In this document: positions 1 to 27,438 of the stretch, one piece after another
Layout of the letters: each line of letters begins with the position of its first letter
Position numbering within the stretch: the stretch's first letter is position 1
Assembly (NCBI GenBank): GCA_050249535.1
Contig: JBFWQI010000029.1
Span: 7,039 to 71,038 of the forward strand
Length of the DNA: 64,000 bases
Direction: 5' to 3'
Source: Blastocatellales bacterium
GTDB taxonomy: Bacteria; Acidobacteriota; Blastocatellia; RBC074
The notes under the pieces: generated by a model
Database searches by the model: none
What the model was told of the DNA's origin: nothing
The model's input: only the letters and a program-made list of their open reading frames with translations
Position numbers and translations under genes: made by a program

Positions 1-1528
1 GGGCGGAGAGCTTGCCGGAATCCCCGGCCAGTCGCGAGCTGTGTTCGATGACGCGAGCCACGGCATGTCTGTCGAACGGCATCAGACCTTCCTGCTGAGT
101 CAGCATCCCGATCAGCCGAGCCTGGGATTTCTGGCTCTCATCGCTGCGTTCCATCTCCTCGTCGAAGTCGACGGCCACCTTGAAGAGCTCGTTGAACTCC
201 GGATCGTAATGGCAGAGCAGATAGTAGAGCAGCCTTTCCCCGATCAGCACTACCTTCAGGTCGAGCGGGATCGACTGAGGTTCGATCGACACGGTGCTGA
301 TCAGCCCGAGAGACTGTCCGAGCGATTCGATTCGAATTTCGCCCGATCTGAGCGTCCGCTTGAGTCCCTCCCAGGCATACGGCTGACCGAGGACCTTGTG
401 GGCGTCCAGCACCAGATAACCGCCGTTTGCCCGATGCAGAGCTCCCGGACGGACCAGCGTGAAGTCCGTCATCAGCGCGCCGAGGTGCGATACGTATTCG
501 ATCTGACCGACCAGATTCTGAAACGTCGGATGGTCCTCATAGATCACCGGCGCCCCGCCGCCGGGCTCGTGATTCACCAGCAGATTGACCTGATACCGGC
601 GCATCAGCAGAGACTCCTGTGAGAGTCCCTGTTGTGGCAGCCCGAGGGCCGCCGCCAGCGGATTCTCTCCCGGATTGAGGATCGTATCCACGTTCTCGAT
701 GACATCCCGCTGGAGAGCGTCGAGATATCCCAGAACCTCCGGCAGGGATTCGTATTTTGTTCGCAGATCGCGCAGCATATGCTCGACGGCGAAGCTCGAA
801 ACCTCTCGGTTGAGATCCCTGATCTTCTCGCGCCCCTCTTTCTGCCATTGCGGCGCCTGTTTCATCAGCTTGTGAAGCTGGTCGTGAAGCTCCGATATCG
901 CGTCTTCGATCTTTTTCTGCTCATCCTTCGGCAGCTTGCCGAACTCATCGGGACTGATCACCTCGCCGTCACGCACCGGCGCGAAAGCGAACCCGGCGGG
1001 AGTCTGGAGCAGCGTGATCCCTTTCTCCTCCGCCTTCCGGCTCAACTCCTCCAGCGCGGACTCATGGCGTTCCTTGATCTCGTCCATGATCGCCTGTTTC
1101 CGCGTTCCGTAACTCTCGCTTTCGAAGACGGACTGAATCGCCGACCGCAGATCCTCGACCAGATGCGCTATGTCCTGCCTGAGGATCAGCCCCTGACCGG
1201 GCGGCAGACTGAGATATCGCGGCTGCTGTTCGTTCTCGAAATTGTTGACATAACACCAGTCGGTCGGAGTCGGCGATGACGCCGCTTTCTCTTCGAGATA
1301 CCTGCGGATCGTCGTGTGCTTCCCGGTTCCGGGCGGGCCGAGTACGAAGAGATTATATCCCGGACGACCGATCCCGATCCCGAACCTGACCGCCTCGATC
1401 GCCCGCTCCTGCCCGGCGATCTCGGTTCGATCGGGCAACTCAGCCGTTGTCTCGAACTCGAACTGCCCGGGATCGCATCTGTTGTAGAGCTCTTCAGGTT
1501 TCAATCCACTGGTTGATGTCTTTTCCAT
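1..1528 (-). CDS. Lon-like ATP-dependent protease / AAA+ ATPase, N-terminal ~509 aa (gene continues past the left edge)
   Basis: Not in the ORF track because it is open at the window edge. Reverse-strand reading from ATG at 1528 (GGAGAGGAG just upstream) gives MEKTSTSGLKPEELYNRCDPGQFEFETTAEL...FVLGPPGTGKHTT (Walker A)...GGYLVLDAHKVL..., uninterrupted to position 1. The layout is typical of Lon-related (LonC-like) proteases. Confidence 0.8.
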   Translation of the reverse strand, partial: MEKTSTSGLKPEELYNRCDPGQFEFETTAELPDRTEIAGQERAIEAVRFGIGIGRPGYNLFVLGPPGTGKHTTIRRYLEEKAASSPTPTDWCYVNNFENEQQPRYLSLPPGQGLILRQDIAHLVEDLRSAIQSVFESESYGTRKQAIMDEIKERHESALEELSRKAEEKGITLLQTPAGFAFAPVRDGEVISPDEFGKLPKDEQKKIEDAISELHDQLHKLMKQAPQWQKEGREKIRDLNREVSSFAVEHMLRDLRTKYESLPEVLGYLDALQRDVIENVDTILNPGENPLAAALGLPQQGLSQESLLMRRYQVNLLVNHEPGGGAPVIYEDHPTFQNLVGQIEYVSHLGALMTDFTLVRPGALHRANGGYLVLDAHKVLGQPYAWEGLKRTLRSGEIRIESLGQSLGLISTVSIEPQSIPLDLKVVLIGERLLYYLLCHYDPEFNELFKVAVDFDEEMERSDESQKSQARLIGMLTQQEGLMPFDRHAVARVIEHSSRLAGDSGKLSA

Positions 1529-1674
1529 TACTCCTCTCCTGTTTTATCTTCGACAGATACTTAAGAAGGCAACCGCTATGCCGTTAGGAGTTATCTCTTA
1601 TTGTTGCAGGAAAAGGCTTTGCCCCTCAGGGGCTGCGAAAAATCGCTCACTTCATGCGCGAAAATCCCAGCGCA

Positions 1675-1704
1675 CAAAGCAAAAGGGAAGCGTTTCCGCT
1701 TCCC
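1675..1704 (-). terminator. Rho-independent terminator downstream of tRNA-Lys
   Basis: Minus strand reads GGGAAGCG-GAAA-CGCTTCCC followed by TTTTGCTTTG, 20 nt after the tRNA 3' end. That is an 8-bp GC-rich stem, a GNRA-type loop and a U-tract. Confidence 0.7.
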
Positions 1705-1721
1705 CTCTTGCTTCATATTAA

Positions 1722-1799
<78 letters not shown>

Positions 1800-1867
1800 G
1801 TTGTTACGGAGTAATTCGCCGTTCCAACGAAACTGCAATAATACTCATCAGGTTAGTGATCGTCAAT

Positions 1868-1896
1868 GGGAGCGCAGGCAGGATGACTGCGCTCCC
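1868..1896 (-). terminator. 10-bp GC-rich hairpin just after the stop of the TonB-like gene (terminator-like, no clear U-tract)
   Basis: GGGAGCGCAG-N9-CTGCGCTCCC lies 7 nt beyond the stop codon at 1903-1905. Confidence 0.35.
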
Positions 1897-1902
1897 GTGT
1901 GA

Positions 1903-3729
<1,827 letters not shown>

Positions 3730-4088
3730 ACGGGGCAAAATCAAGATGCCCTTTCTTTGACGCTGATCGCAGAACGGAGTAAATCCTCTTTCTTGCGTTA
3801 CGTTTAGACTGACAGAGTTGTTCTTCAGTCACTATTTTTACTCGATTCTCTATTTCACCCTCTAAATGCTACTTTTCGATGTTCTTTCCATTAAATTAGA
3901 TGTACCGGCCGGGATACCTGATATTAATTTCAACTTAGAACGCGCGAGGCCGGCTGATCGCGGAATAGTTGCCGGGCATCTTGATCAGAGGCCCGGCTTT
4001 CACTTAATCTGGAACTGATTTAGAGAGCATTATCGAAAAGATGTAATCGGAATAATAAGAACGTATTGCATAGCAAGGGAGAGTAATA

Positions 4089-5258
<1,170 letters not shown>

Positions 5259-5263
5259 TTGAC

Positions 5264-5436
5264 CAGGAGATTCCGACGCCAAGACGCCAAGGGTTGCCAG
5301 GATCTTTGTAAGGATATCAATGCCTGAGTTAATCCTCACTGGAAACTCGTCGGTTGGATGCAAATGCGGGATTTTCTTCCCTGATGATTCTTGGCATTCC
5401 TTGGCGTCGGAATCTCGTGGAGTCCAAATCTCCTGG
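5264..5436. repeat. CCAAG-family hairpin element between convergent gcdH and the sigma-54 regulator
   Basis: Left arm CCAGGAGATTCCGACGCCAAGACGCCAAGGGTTGCCAGGATC. Right arm GATTCTTGGCATTCCTTGGCGTCGGAAT...ATCTCCTGG. Outer 9-bp and inner 12-bp blocks are perfectly complementary, and the right arm carries a 14-nt bulge. Confidence 0.8.
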
Positions 5437-5446
5437 CGAATCAGGA

Positions 5447-7507
<2,061 letters not shown>

Positions 7508-7515
7508 AGCGGGTA

Positions 7516-10034
<2,519 letters not shown>

Positions 10035-10058
10035 AATTGTCTACCTTCCTTTAAGGCC

Positions 10059-11728
<1,670 letters not shown>

Positions 11729-11770
11729 GATTGTTATCCGTATTGCTGGTTGATGGTCGTCCGGGCAGTA

Positions 11771-12031
11771 TCAGTCGGCTTTCGGCGCGGTGTGACAGAG
11801 CAGGCAACTGACGCGCTCGTCACGCCATTTTCCGGGATGCTTATGCTGAATCTCAAGATTTGCCAGTGTATCGGGCAGGTGGCACTTGAGGCAGTCCTTG
11901 CGCTCCGTCACGGTCAGATGCTCCGCCGGCTGGGCGGGCATCGGTCGGGCCTTGTTCTTGGTCGACAGGAAATAGAGCCCGCCTACCACTGCCAGGACGA
12001 TAAAGATGAAAAGAAGATCACGCGATTTCAT
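11771..12031 (-). CDS. Small membrane-anchored dihaem c-type cytochrome
   Basis: 86-aa ORF with a GGGAG SD, one N-terminal TM helix and two CxxCH motifs (CLKCH, CLLCH). Confidence 0.7.
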   Translation of the reverse strand: MKSRDLLFIFIVLAVVGGLYFLSTKNKARPMPAQPAEHLTVTERKDCLKCHLPDTLANLEIQHKHPGKWRDERVSCLLCHTAPKAD

Positions 12032-12038
12032 ATGACTC

Positions 12039-13936
<1,898 letters not shown>

Positions 13937-13994
13937 CTTGATAAATGCTCCGATTTCTTTGAGGGTGGAAAAACCGCCAAGAGCCTAGCATATC

Positions 13995-14126
13995 GGGCAC
14001 CGAACCGCGAGCGATAGCGCCGGGTTGTGCGGCACCGGTACGGCACCGTTACGGCAGCGGTACGGCACCGGCAGCGATAGCGACGGGTAGGGCGGTACGG
14101 CACCGGCAGCGAAAGTGACGGGTCGC
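13995..14126. repeat. Tandem direct repeats (two 35-bp units plus degenerate upstream units)
   Basis: GCGGTACGGCACCGGCAGCGATAGCGACGGGTAGG (14057-14091) is followed by GCGGTACGGCACCGGCAGCGAAAGTGACGGGTCGC (14092-14126). Related GGCACCG...GCGAGCGATAGCG units lie at 13995-14056. Confidence 0.8.
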
Positions 14127-14189
14127 TTAATCCGACGGCGCCATGATTTCATTACCCACATCGGCCCGTTTGAGAGTAAACTATGGGCC

Positions 14190-14462
14190 ATGGACGAGAG
14201 AGACTATTACACTGAACGCCAGGAGACGAAGACGGCGACCTATGTTTGTCCGAAGTGCCGTCAGAGTTTTGAATTCGGGATCAGATGGTTGCGCAGGACG
14301 CGAAAGAAGGAGCTTCCTCGCGGAGCGAGCGAGCTCGATCGCGCGAAGTTCGCGAAGGCGCGCGATTACATGGTTCGGGTCGACGACGTGGTCTTCTGTC
14401 CGAATCCGCGTTGCCGCTGCAAGTTCGAGATCCCCAACTCCCAGACGGTGGTCTTCGTCTGA
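14190..14462 (+). CDS. Small 4-Cys zinc-ribbon protein (hypothetical)
   Basis: The ORF is open from 14115, but that part overlaps the tandem repeats, so I prefer ATG 14190 (MDERDYY...). It has CPKC...CPNPRC motifs. Confidence 0.55.
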   Translation: MDERDYYTERQETKTATYVCPKCRQSFEFGIRWLRRTRKKELPRGASELDRAKFAKARDYMVRVDDVVFCPNPRCRCKFEIPNSQTVVFV

Positions 14463-14505
14463 GCTCGTACACGTCACGGCTGGTGGCGCTGCGATACGGA
14501 TTTAA

Positions 14506-14796
14506 ATGAATCTGGATGAATTCGAGTCGAGTCTGGCGGGGGGCTCTCCGCCGCGCGATCTGTCGCCATACCTGACGGCGCTCTGGCGCGAGAGGAAGGG
14601 CGACTTGACATCCGCCCATGAGATCGTCCAGGAGATCGAGGACGAGAGCGCCGCCTGGGTTCACGCGTATCTGCACCGGCGCGAGGGCGATGAGGGCAAC
14701 GCCCGTTACTGGTATCGCCGTGCCGGGCGGCCTTTCCCGGCGGGCCGATCGCTCGATGAGGAATGGTTCGATCTGGTCGGTGCACTCCTGAAATGA
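14506..14796 (+). CDS. Hypothetical protein (96 aa)
   Basis: Codon usage is consistent with its neighbours. I recognise no domain. Confidence 0.5.
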   Translation: MNLDEFESSLAGGSPPRDLSPYLTALWRERKGDLTSAHEIVQEIEDESAAWVHAYLHRREGDEGNARYWYRRAGRPFPAGRSLDEEWFDLVGALLK

Positions 14797-14852
14797 CCTG
14801 ACAATCCGTCACGGTCGTCATAACCAGTTCAAGCTGACAAGAGGTCTACCCG

Positions 14853-16184
14853 ATGAAGAGAAGGTACACGCGACGCACTTTTCTTGCCTCCGCGGGCATT
14901 GCGGCTGCGGGCATGAGCGCAACGGCGAGAGTAGCGACAAATGATTCGACGCCGGCCCTGCTCGGCGGGACGCCCGTCAGGAGTTCGGCCTTTCCCTCCT
15001 GGCCGGTGATCGGTCAGGAGGAGGAGAAGTTGCTGATGGAGGCGCTGCGAAGCCGGCGCTGGAACCGTCACGGCGGAAGCATGGTCGACCGTTTCGAGGC
15101 GATCTGGGCCGAGCGGCTCGGAGCCGGGCACTGCCTTGCCACATCGAGCGGCACGAGCGCTCTTGTCGCCGCGCTCAACGCCCTCGAGATCGGGCCGGGC
15201 GATGAGGTGATCGTTCCGCCCTTCACCTTCGTCGCGACGATCAACGTGGTGCTGCTCCAGCACGCGCTGCCTGTCTTCGTCGATACGGATCGCGAGACGA
15301 TGCAGATCGACGCCGGCAAGGTCGAGGCGGCGATCACCAGGCGAACGCGGGCGATCCTTCCCGTTCACCTCGGCGGTTCGGTCGCCGACATGGACCGGAT
15401 TCTAGCCGTCGCCGCGAAGCATAAACTGCCCGTCATCGAGGACGCCTGCCAGTCCCATCTGGCCGAATGGCGCGGCCGCAAGGTCGGGACGCTCGGCACG
15501 ATGGGCTGTTTCAGCCTGCAGGCCTCGAAGAATCTCAATTCGGGCGAAGGCGGAGCCGTCGTCGGCAATGATGCCTCGCTGATCGAGGCCTGCCGCAGCT
15601 TCCACAATCAGGGACGCGCGGCGGCCAACAGCAACATGACCTATGCCCGCAACGGCGACAACCGGCGGATGACCGAGTTCCAGGCCTCCATCCTGCTGGC
15701 TCAATTGACGCGGCTCGAGGAGCAGTCGAAGACCAGGGAGCGGAACGCCGCTCACCTGACCGCTCGCCTGTCAGAGATCCCGGGAATCGCTCCGGCGCGC
15801 ATGTACGAAGGCGCGACGCGCAACGCGTATCATTTATACATGTTCCGTTACGATCCCGACCGGTTCAGCGGCCTCAAGCGCGATAAGTTTCTCAAGGCGA
15901 TGCGCGCAGAAGGGATACCTGCTTCGGCCGGCTACGCCCCGCTCAACCGGGAGCCGTTCCTGACCGCGACGCTGCGGTCGCGCGGTTACCGTTACATCTA
16001 TTCTCTGAAGGAGATCGACGATCTGCTGGAGAGGAATTCGCGGCTGCCCCAGAACGATCTGCTCTGCGGAGAGGCCGTCTGGCTGACTCAGTCGATGCTG
16101 CTAGGTGGACGGGACGACATGGACCAGATCGCCGACGCCATCGCCAAGATCCACAAACACGCCGCCCGGCTCGCCGCCGCCTGA
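14853..16184 (+). CDS. DegT/DnrJ/EryC1/StrS-family PLP aminotransferase with twin-arginine signal peptide
   Basis: 443-aa ORF. The N-terminus [23 protein letters not shown] matches the Tat motif. [14 protein letters not shown] is the PLP-lysine region. Confidence 0.85.
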   Translation: MKRRYTRRTFLASAGIAAAGMSATARVATNDSTPALLGGTPVRSSAFPSWPVIGQEEEKLLMEALRSRRWNRHGGSMVDRFEAIWAERLGAGHCLATSSGTSALVAALNALEIGPGDEVIVPPFTFVATINVVLLQHALPVFVDTDRETMQIDAGKVEAAITRRTRAILPVHLGGSVADMDRILAVAAKHKLPVIEDACQSHLAEWRGRKVGTLGTMGCFSLQASKNLNSGEGGAVVGNDASLIEACRSFHNQGRAAANSNMTYARNGDNRRMTEFQASILLAQLTRLEEQSKTRERNAAHLTARLSEIPGIAPARMYEGATRNAYHLYMFRYDPDRFSGLKRDKFLKAMRAEGIPASAGYAPLNREPFLTATLRSRGYRYIYSLKEIDDLLERNSRLPQNDLLCGEAVWLTQSMLLGGRDDMDQIADAIAKIHKHAARLAAA

Positions 16185-16189
16185 ACTCT

Positions 16190-17698
<1,509 letters not shown>

Positions 17699-17699
17699 G

Positions 17700-18690
<991 letters not shown>

Positions 18691-18824
18691 TTCGCCTCCT
18701 GATTATTGCTGATTGTCCGTTAACGCCATTAATGAAGACTCGCAGCATAGCATAGCGAATTTTCAAAACGCAAAAGCGCCCCGCACGCCCCCGCTTCTTC
18801 ACATTTCCGTCGCGAACCCTTCAA

Positions 18825-18840
18825 GTAAGTGTCCACTTAC
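18825..18840. promoter_or_regulatory. Candidate TetR operator 1 (perfect 7-2-7 palindrome)
   Basis: GTAAGTG-TC-CACTTAC lies in the sucD/tetR divergent spacer. Confidence 0.45.
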
Positions 18841-18876
18841 AAAAAGTCCTTGCCTGGGCGCGGGGAAGTGTGGTAA

Positions 18877-18892
18877 GTAAGTGCATACTTAC
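18877..18892. promoter_or_regulatory. Candidate TetR operator 2 (6-4-6 palindrome with the same half-site)
   Basis: GTAAGT-GCAT-ACTTAC lies 52 nt downstream of operator 1, immediately upstream of the TetR gene. Confidence 0.45.
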
Positions 18893-18933
18893 AAGTGGGA
18901 GGGGAGAGAATCAGATTGGGTGGAGCAGGGAGG

Positions 18934-19635
18934 ATGATGGATCGGAAGCGGGAAGAAGAGATTGAGAGCCGGCCGTCGGTCAGGATGGCGGCGGAGGACC
19001 GGCGTCAGCAGATACTTGATGTGGCTGTCGAGTTGTTTTCGCAGAAAGGGTTTCGCGGGACGACGACGAAGGAGATCGCGCAGGCTGCGGGGGTGAACGA
19101 GGCGATCATCTTCAGGCATTTCGCTACCAAGGGCGATCTGTACACGGCGATCATGGACCGGAAGGCGTCATCGGGCAACGTCAGGGCGATGCAGGAGAAA
19201 GTGACGCGTGCGATGGAGGAGGGCAACGACCGGCAGGTCTTCGAGACGCTGGCCTTTCATATGCTGGAGTTTCATGAGCACGACGATTCGGCCATGAGGC
19301 TGTTGCTCTACAGTGCGCTCGAGGGCCACGAACTCGCCGATATGATCTTTCGTAATCACATCCTGCGAACGCATCGGATGATGGCCGATTATGTCGAGAA
19401 GCGGATCGCGGAGGGCGCTTTCCGCGACGTGGATCCGATGACCGCCGTGCGGTGTTTCCTGGGTATGGTCATCAACCAGATCATGCATCGGAAATTCTTC
19501 GATCGCGAGATGGGGCCGGTGACCGATCTCTCGAGCAGGGAAGCGGCCGGTCGCTTCGCCGATCTGATCCTTGCCAGTCTTAAAAACAATGAGGGAGGAC
19601 GTTCAGCGCGTCCCGCCCGCAAATCGAGGAGCTGA
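18934..19635 (+). CDS. TetR/AcrR-family transcriptional repressor
   Basis: The HTH is [37 protein letters not shown]. The ORF is open from 18895 and ATG 18934/18937 follows AGGGAGG, so the exact start is uncertain. Confidence 0.85.
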   Translation: MMDRKREEEIESRPSVRMAAEDRRQQILDVAVELFSQKGFRGTTTKEIAQAAGVNEAIIFRHFATKGDLYTAIMDRKASSGNVRAMQEKVTRAMEEGNDRQVFETLAFHMLEFHEHDDSAMRLLLYSALEGHELADMIFRNHILRTHRMMADYVEKRIAEGAFRDVDPMTAVRCFLGMVINQIMHRKFFDREMGPVTDLSSREAAGRFADLILASLKNNEGGRSARPARKSRS

Positions 19636-19686
19636 AGCTCCCGTCAATTTGACAATACTATTAATAGATATCAACCGAGGGGAATC

Positions 19687-20961
19687 ATGCAGGAGAAGGA
19701 GATTGGTTTGAACGATATTTCACAAAACGGCGTTCGCCGGAGGAGCGGGCGGCTGTGGCTGGTCCTTGGAGTGATCGCGGTCCTGATAGTGGTTGTGGCC
19801 GGGCTGATGAAGTTCCGGAATCAGGATGCGGTCGCGGCGAACGATGCGCAGCCTGCGGCGACGGCTGAGCCGCCGGTATCGGTAACGACCGCGGCGGCGA
19901 TATCGCGGGGGTTGCAGCGGAGCGTCGAGGCGGTCGGGTCACTGGCGGCTGACGAAGAGGTGGTGGTGGCGGCGCAGGTGGCGGGTGAGCTGTCGCAGTT
20001 GAGCGTCGATTTCGGGAGCTATGTCGGTCAGGGGCAGGTGATTGCGGTGATCGACCAGCGGGATGCGAAGCTGAAGGTCGAGCAGGCTGAAGCGACGTTG
20101 AAGCAGACGATGGCCCGGTTGGGGATGCGCGAGGGCGAGCGTTACGATCCGCAGCAGAATGCCGAGGTCAAGGTGGCGAAGGCTGCGCTCGACTGGGCGA
20201 AGCTGGATCTGGACCGTGCGACGAAGCTGATCGAGAACGGGGACGTGGCGCGGTCGGTCTACGATCAGTCGATGATCAATCATGCCTCGGCGCAGGCGAG
20301 ATATCAGGCGGCGCTGGATGCGGTCAATCAGCAGCTGGCGCTGGTCGAGCAGCAGCGTGCGGCGCTGGCATTGGCGCGGAAGACGATCACCGACACGGTC
20401 GTGCGGGCGCCGATCAGCGGGGCGGTCAAGGAGAAAGCGGCGTCGCGCGGATCGTACCTGCCGGTCAACGGCAGGATCGTCACGCTGGTCAGGATCAATC
20501 CTCTGCGGCTGCGGGCGGAGATCCCCGAGCATGCCGCTGGCGCGGTGAGGACGGGACAGATGATGAACCTGACGGTCGAATCCTTCCCCGGGGTGACCTA
20601 TTCGGGGCGGGTTGTCAGGATCGGTCCCTCGCTCAACGAGCAGACGCGGGCGCTGACGGTCGAAGCGGAGGTCGCCAATCCGGGCAATCAGTTGAGGCCG
20701 GGAATGTTCGCCAAGGCGCGGCTGATCACGGCCAACGAAGCGCCGGCGGTCCTGGTTCCGATGTCCGCTGTCGCAAATGCGGCCGGGCTTTCGAAGGTCT
20801 TCGTGATCGAAAACGGCAAGGCGTCCGAGAAGATCGTCAAGACGGGGCTTATCGACGGCGAGATGATCGAGATCGTCGAAGGCGTGAGGGCCGGCGAGAC
20901 GGTCGCCACGAGCAACCTAACGAAACTGCAGCAGGGAGCCGCGGTGGCTGCCGGCAAATAA
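19687..20961 (+). CDS. RND efflux periplasmic adaptor (membrane fusion protein)
   Basis: 424-aa ORF with an N-terminal TM anchor, coiled-coil and beta-barrel regions, and a C-terminus typical of the HlyD/AcrA family. Confidence 0.88.
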   Translation: MQEKEIGLNDISQNGVRRRSGRLWLVLGVIAVLIVVVAGLMKFRNQDAVAANDAQPAATAEPPVSVTTAAAISRGLQRSVEAVGSLAADEEVVVAAQVAGELSQLSVDFGSYVGQGQVIAVIDQRDAKLKVEQAEATLKQTMARLGMREGERYDPQQNAEVKVAKAALDWAKLDLDRATKLIENGDVARSVYDQSMINHASAQARYQAALDAVNQQLALVEQQRAALALARKTITDTVVRAPISGAVKEKAASRGSYLPVNGRIVTLVRINPLRLRAEIPEHAAGAVRTGQMMNLTVESFPGVTYSGRVVRIGPSLNEQTRALTVEAEVANPGNQLRPGMFAKARLITANEAPAVLVPMSAVANAAGLSKVFVIENGKASEKIVKTGLIDGEMIEIVEGVRAGETVATSNLTKLQQGAAVAAGK

Positions 20962-21040
20962 CGAAAGAACCCGGAAACAGAGGTTCGACAGCGCGGCGAG
21001 GGGTCGTTGAAGATCTCCCCGCGCCCGATCAGGGGAAGGT

Positions 21041-24254
<3,214 letters not shown>

Positions 24255-24261
24255 CGGAGAG

Positions 24262-25221
24262 ATGGCGCTTTTTCTGACAGAAGACGATGTGACGGCTCTG
24301 CTGACGATGGAGGAGACACTCTCGGCGGTCGAGGAGGTCTTTCGCCTGCAGGCGACAGGTGCGGCGACGAACGAACCGCGCCGCAGGCTGCGGGCGGCCG
24401 GCGCAGTGCTTCAGGTCATGAGCGGAGCAGTTGCCGGGATCGGTGAGTTCGCCGGTCTGCTCGGACTCAAGGCCTACACCGTCACGCGATCCGGCGTCAG
24501 GTTCTACGTCATGCTCTTCGATGCGGGATCGGGTGAGCTGCTCGCTCTGATCGAGGCCGACAAGCTGGGTCAGATGCGGACGGGCGCAGCGAGCGGCGTC
24601 GCGACGCGACACCTGGCGCGGCGGGATGCGAAGAGCGTCGGGATCTACGGTACAGGCTGGCAGGCCGAGAGCCAGCTCGAGGCGGTCTGTGCCGTGCGTC
24701 AGGTCGAGGAGGTCCTCGTCTACAGTCGGAAGGCGGAGAGACGAGAGGCGTTCTGCTCGAAGATGAGCGAAAAAACGGGAATCAGGAATATCAAGCCGTC
24801 CGCTCGACCTGAGGAGGCGGCCGCCGCCGACATCCTGATCACGATCACCTCGTCGCGCGAGCCGGTGCTCGAAGGAGCGTGGATCCGGCCCGGCGCGCAC
24901 GTCAACGCTGCCGGCGGGAATTCAGTGCTCCGCCGCGAACTCGACGACGAGGCCCTGGTCAGAGCATCGCTGGTCGCCGTCGATTCGCTCGAACAGTCGA
25001 GGATCGAGGCCGGCGAGCTGATCGCGGCCGTCGAAAAGGGGCTCATCACCTGGGAGTCGATCTGGGAACTGCGTTACATCGTCGCAGGCGAGATGCCCGG
25101 AAGACGGACCGATGATGAGATAACGATATTCAAGTCTCTGGGGATTGCGATAGAAGATATCGCCGCTGCATCCGTCGTCTACAGAAAGGCGACGGAGCGG
25201 CAGGCGGGGAGGAAACTGTAA
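24262..25221 (+). CDS. Ornithine cyclodeaminase / mu-crystallin family protein
   Basis: 319-aa ORF with a GGAGAG SD, starting [27 protein letters not shown]..., and a GIYGTGWQA Rossmann loop. Confidence 0.85.
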   Translation: MALFLTEDDVTALLTMEETLSAVEEVFRLQATGAATNEPRRRLRAAGAVLQVMSGAVAGIGEFAGLLGLKAYTVTRSGVRFYVMLFDAGSGELLALIEADKLGQMRTGAASGVATRHLARRDAKSVGIYGTGWQAESQLEAVCAVRQVEEVLVYSRKAERREAFCSKMSEKTGIRNIKPSARPEEAAAADILITITSSREPVLEGAWIRPGAHVNAAGGNSVLRRELDDEALVRASLVAVDSLEQSRIEAGELIAAVEKGLITWESIWELRYIVAGEMPGRRTDDEITIFKSLGIAIEDIAAASVVYRKATERQAGRKL

Positions 25222-25244
25222 TGTTGAGAGGGAGAAGAGAGGGA

Positions 25245-26927
25245 ATGATCAGGAAACAGATCGGATTATTCGGTGTGACGCTGGCTTTGACGGCGGTCCT
25301 GTCGGTCAGCGGGCTGGCACAGGCGACGGAGATCAAACGGGTCGGAGTCGATGCCGGCAGGAAGGTGAGCATGACGCTGCGCGACGCGATGCTCATGGCG
25401 CTCGAAAACAATCGGGACATCGAGGTCGAGCGGCTCAACGTCCAGATGACGGATCTCGACCTGCGGAGCGCCAACGGGTTCTACGATCCGACGCTGGCGG
25501 CCAGTTTCTTCTACGATCGCCGCAACACGCCGGTCGCCAACCCGCTGGCCGGCGGTTCCGGAGGCGGGCTGCTGACGGACAATCTGACCGGCAGCGCGAC
25601 GATCAGCCAGCGCATCCGTCAGCAGGGCGGTTTGCTGCAGGCGACTTTCAGCAACGATCGTGCGACGACGCAGAATTTATTCAATATTCTCAATCCGCAG
25701 TTCACCTCGACGATCAACGTCAGTTTCACGCAACCGCTCTGGAAGAACCGAGAGACCGATCAGGGACGCCGGCAGATCCGCATCGCGCGGAAGCGTCTCG
25801 ACCTGTCTGACAGCCAGTTCCGCCAGCGCGCGATCGAGATCATCGCGCAGGTTCAGCGCGCGTACTGGGATCTGGTCTTCGCCCGCCGCGATCAGGAGAT
25901 CAAGCGGGAATCGGTCGAACTTGCCGTCACGCAGCTCAAGCACAACGAGCGGCTGGTCGATGCCGGGTCGCTGGCGCCGTCCGACATCATCTCGGCGCGG
26001 GTCGAGCTCGAGAGGCGCAACGACGAGGCCGAAGCCGCGGTCGATGCCATTCAGCGCGCCGAGAACGCGCTCAAATCGCTGCTCCTCCAGCCGAGCAATA
26101 CCGAGATGTGGGGATCGGAACTGGTCCCGGTGGAGAAGCCCGAGATAACTCCGTCGACTTCGCTCCCGCTCGACGATGCCGTCCGGCTGGCTTTCCAGAA
26201 CCGGCCGGAGCTGGAGCAGTTCAGGCTGCGCGGAGAACTGAACAAGATCGATACCGATTTCTTCCGCAACCAGACCAAGCCGCAGATCGATTTCGTCGTC
26301 AACTACGGCAGCATCGGGTTGGCCGGCGACCCGCGGACCGAGGGCAACTTCTTCTCGGAATCGAATGCGCTGCTGACAAAACGCGTCAATGATCTGTCGA
26401 CGCTGGCAGGGCTGCCGCCGCTGCCGACCAGCGGGTTCGATTTCTCGATCCCGGGCTTCCTGATCGGCGGAACGGGTCAGAGTCTGGCCAACGTCTTCAA
26501 GAACGATTTCCGGACCTGGCGGGTCGGGCTCAACTTCAACCTGCCGCTGAGGAACCGGACGGCGCTGGCTCAGCTCGGCCACGCACTGGCCGAAGGCCGT
26601 CAGATCGACGTCCAGCGCCAGCGGCTCCAGCAGTCGATCGAGGTCGAGGTCCGCAACGCATTGCAGGCGGTCGAGACCGCGAAGCGCCGCGTCGAGGCCG
26701 CGACCAATTCCAGATCCAACGCCGAGCTCCAGTATCAGAGCGAGGTCCGCAAGTTCGACGCCGGCCAGTCGACCAACTTCTTCGTTCTAGACCGGCAGAA
26801 CGCGCTCTCGGCTTCGCGGGGACGCGAGCTCCGAGCGCTGACCGACTACACCAAGGCGGTCGCCGAACTTCAGCGCGCCATGTCGACCATCCTCACCAGC
26901 AACAACGTCGAGGTGAAACCCAACTGA
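25245..26927 (+). CDS. TolC-family outer-membrane efflux protein
   Basis: The ORF is open from 25221 (ATG overlapping the OCD stop, TAATG). ATG 25245 follows GAGAGGGAGAAGAGAGGGA and yields a clean signal peptide, [27 protein letters not shown]. The rest has the two-repeat TolC architecture. Confidence 0.88.
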   Translation: MIRKQIGLFGVTLALTAVLSVSGLAQATEIKRVGVDAGRKVSMTLRDAMLMALENNRDIEVERLNVQMTDLDLRSANGFYDPTLAASFFYDRRNTPVANPLAGGSGGGLLTDNLTGSATISQRIRQQGGLLQATFSNDRATTQNLFNILNPQFTSTINVSFTQPLWKNRETDQGRRQIRIARKRLDLSDSQFRQRAIEIIAQVQRAYWDLVFARRDQEIKRESVELAVTQLKHNERLVDAGSLAPSDIISARVELERRNDEAEAAVDAIQRAENALKSLLLQPSNTEMWGSELVPVEKPEITPSTSLPLDDAVRLAFQNRPELEQFRLRGELNKIDTDFFRNQTKPQIDFVVNYGSIGLAGDPRTEGNFFSESNALLTKRVNDLSTLAGLPPLPTSGFDFSIPGFLIGGTGQSLANVFKNDFRTWRVGLNFNLPLRNRTALAQLGHALAEGRQIDVQRQRLQQSIEVEVRNALQAVETAKRRVEAATNSRSNAELQYQSEVRKFDAGQSTNFFVLDRQNALSASRGRELRALTDYTKAVAELQRAMSTILTSNNVEVKPN

Positions 26928-27004
26928 CAAATGGCGTGTCGGGATGATAAAATTTCGCACTGGTTCAATGAATAATTCAGACGCACAAGGAGCGAGTTCA
27001 TCCC

Positions 27005-27436
27005 ATGTCCGAAGATAATCAGGGTGGTTTCAAGATCACTGACCGGAGGCTCTTCAATCCGGACGGCAGCCTTCGCGATGACGCTCCGGTCGAAGAGCCG
27101 GTTGTCGAGCCGGCTCCGCCGGTGACGCCGCCCGCGGAGCCCGCCGCGCAGTCGGCCGTTCAGGACGCCCCGGATGAGGAGGAAGCCGGCGAACACACGC
27201 TCTTCACCGAATTCCTGATGAGCATCGCATCGTCGGCTTTCGTCTATCTTGGAATGATGGAACATCCGGCCACCGGCAAGCGCCATGTCGATCTAAATGC
27301 GGCCAGGGACTCGATCGACATGCTCGTCATGCTGCGCGAGAAGACCCATGGCAATCTGACTCCCGGAGAGGACCGGCTCTTTGAAGATCTGCTGGCCGAT
27401 CTCCGGATGCAGTTCGTCGCGCTGAGTCGTAAGTAG
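27005..27436 (+). CDS. DUF1844 domain protein
   Basis: 143-aa ORF with FKITDRRLF... and [23 protein letters not shown] motifs. Confidence 0.8.
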   Translation: MSEDNQGGFKITDRRLFNPDGSLRDDAPVEEPVVEPAPPVTPPAEPAAQSAVQDAPDEEEAGEHTLFTEFLMSIASSAFVYLGMMEHPATGKRHVDLNAARDSIDMLVMLREKTHGNLTPGEDRLFEDLLADLRMQFVALSRK

Positions 27437-27438
27437 CC

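Noticed and set aside
1-1528. The Lon-like protease as BrxL of a BREX system.
   Set aside because: No PglX, PglZ or BrxC-like genes are visible, and the downstream neighbours are a tRNA and a TonB-like gene. Only the N-terminal part is in the window, so this cannot be excluded for the region beyond the edge.
14115-14189. The upstream extension of the zinc-ribbon ORF (track start 14115).
   Set aside because: The extension overlaps the last tandem repeat unit and encodes a basic, arbitrary peptide. ATG 14190 gives a compact protein. The start remains uncertain.
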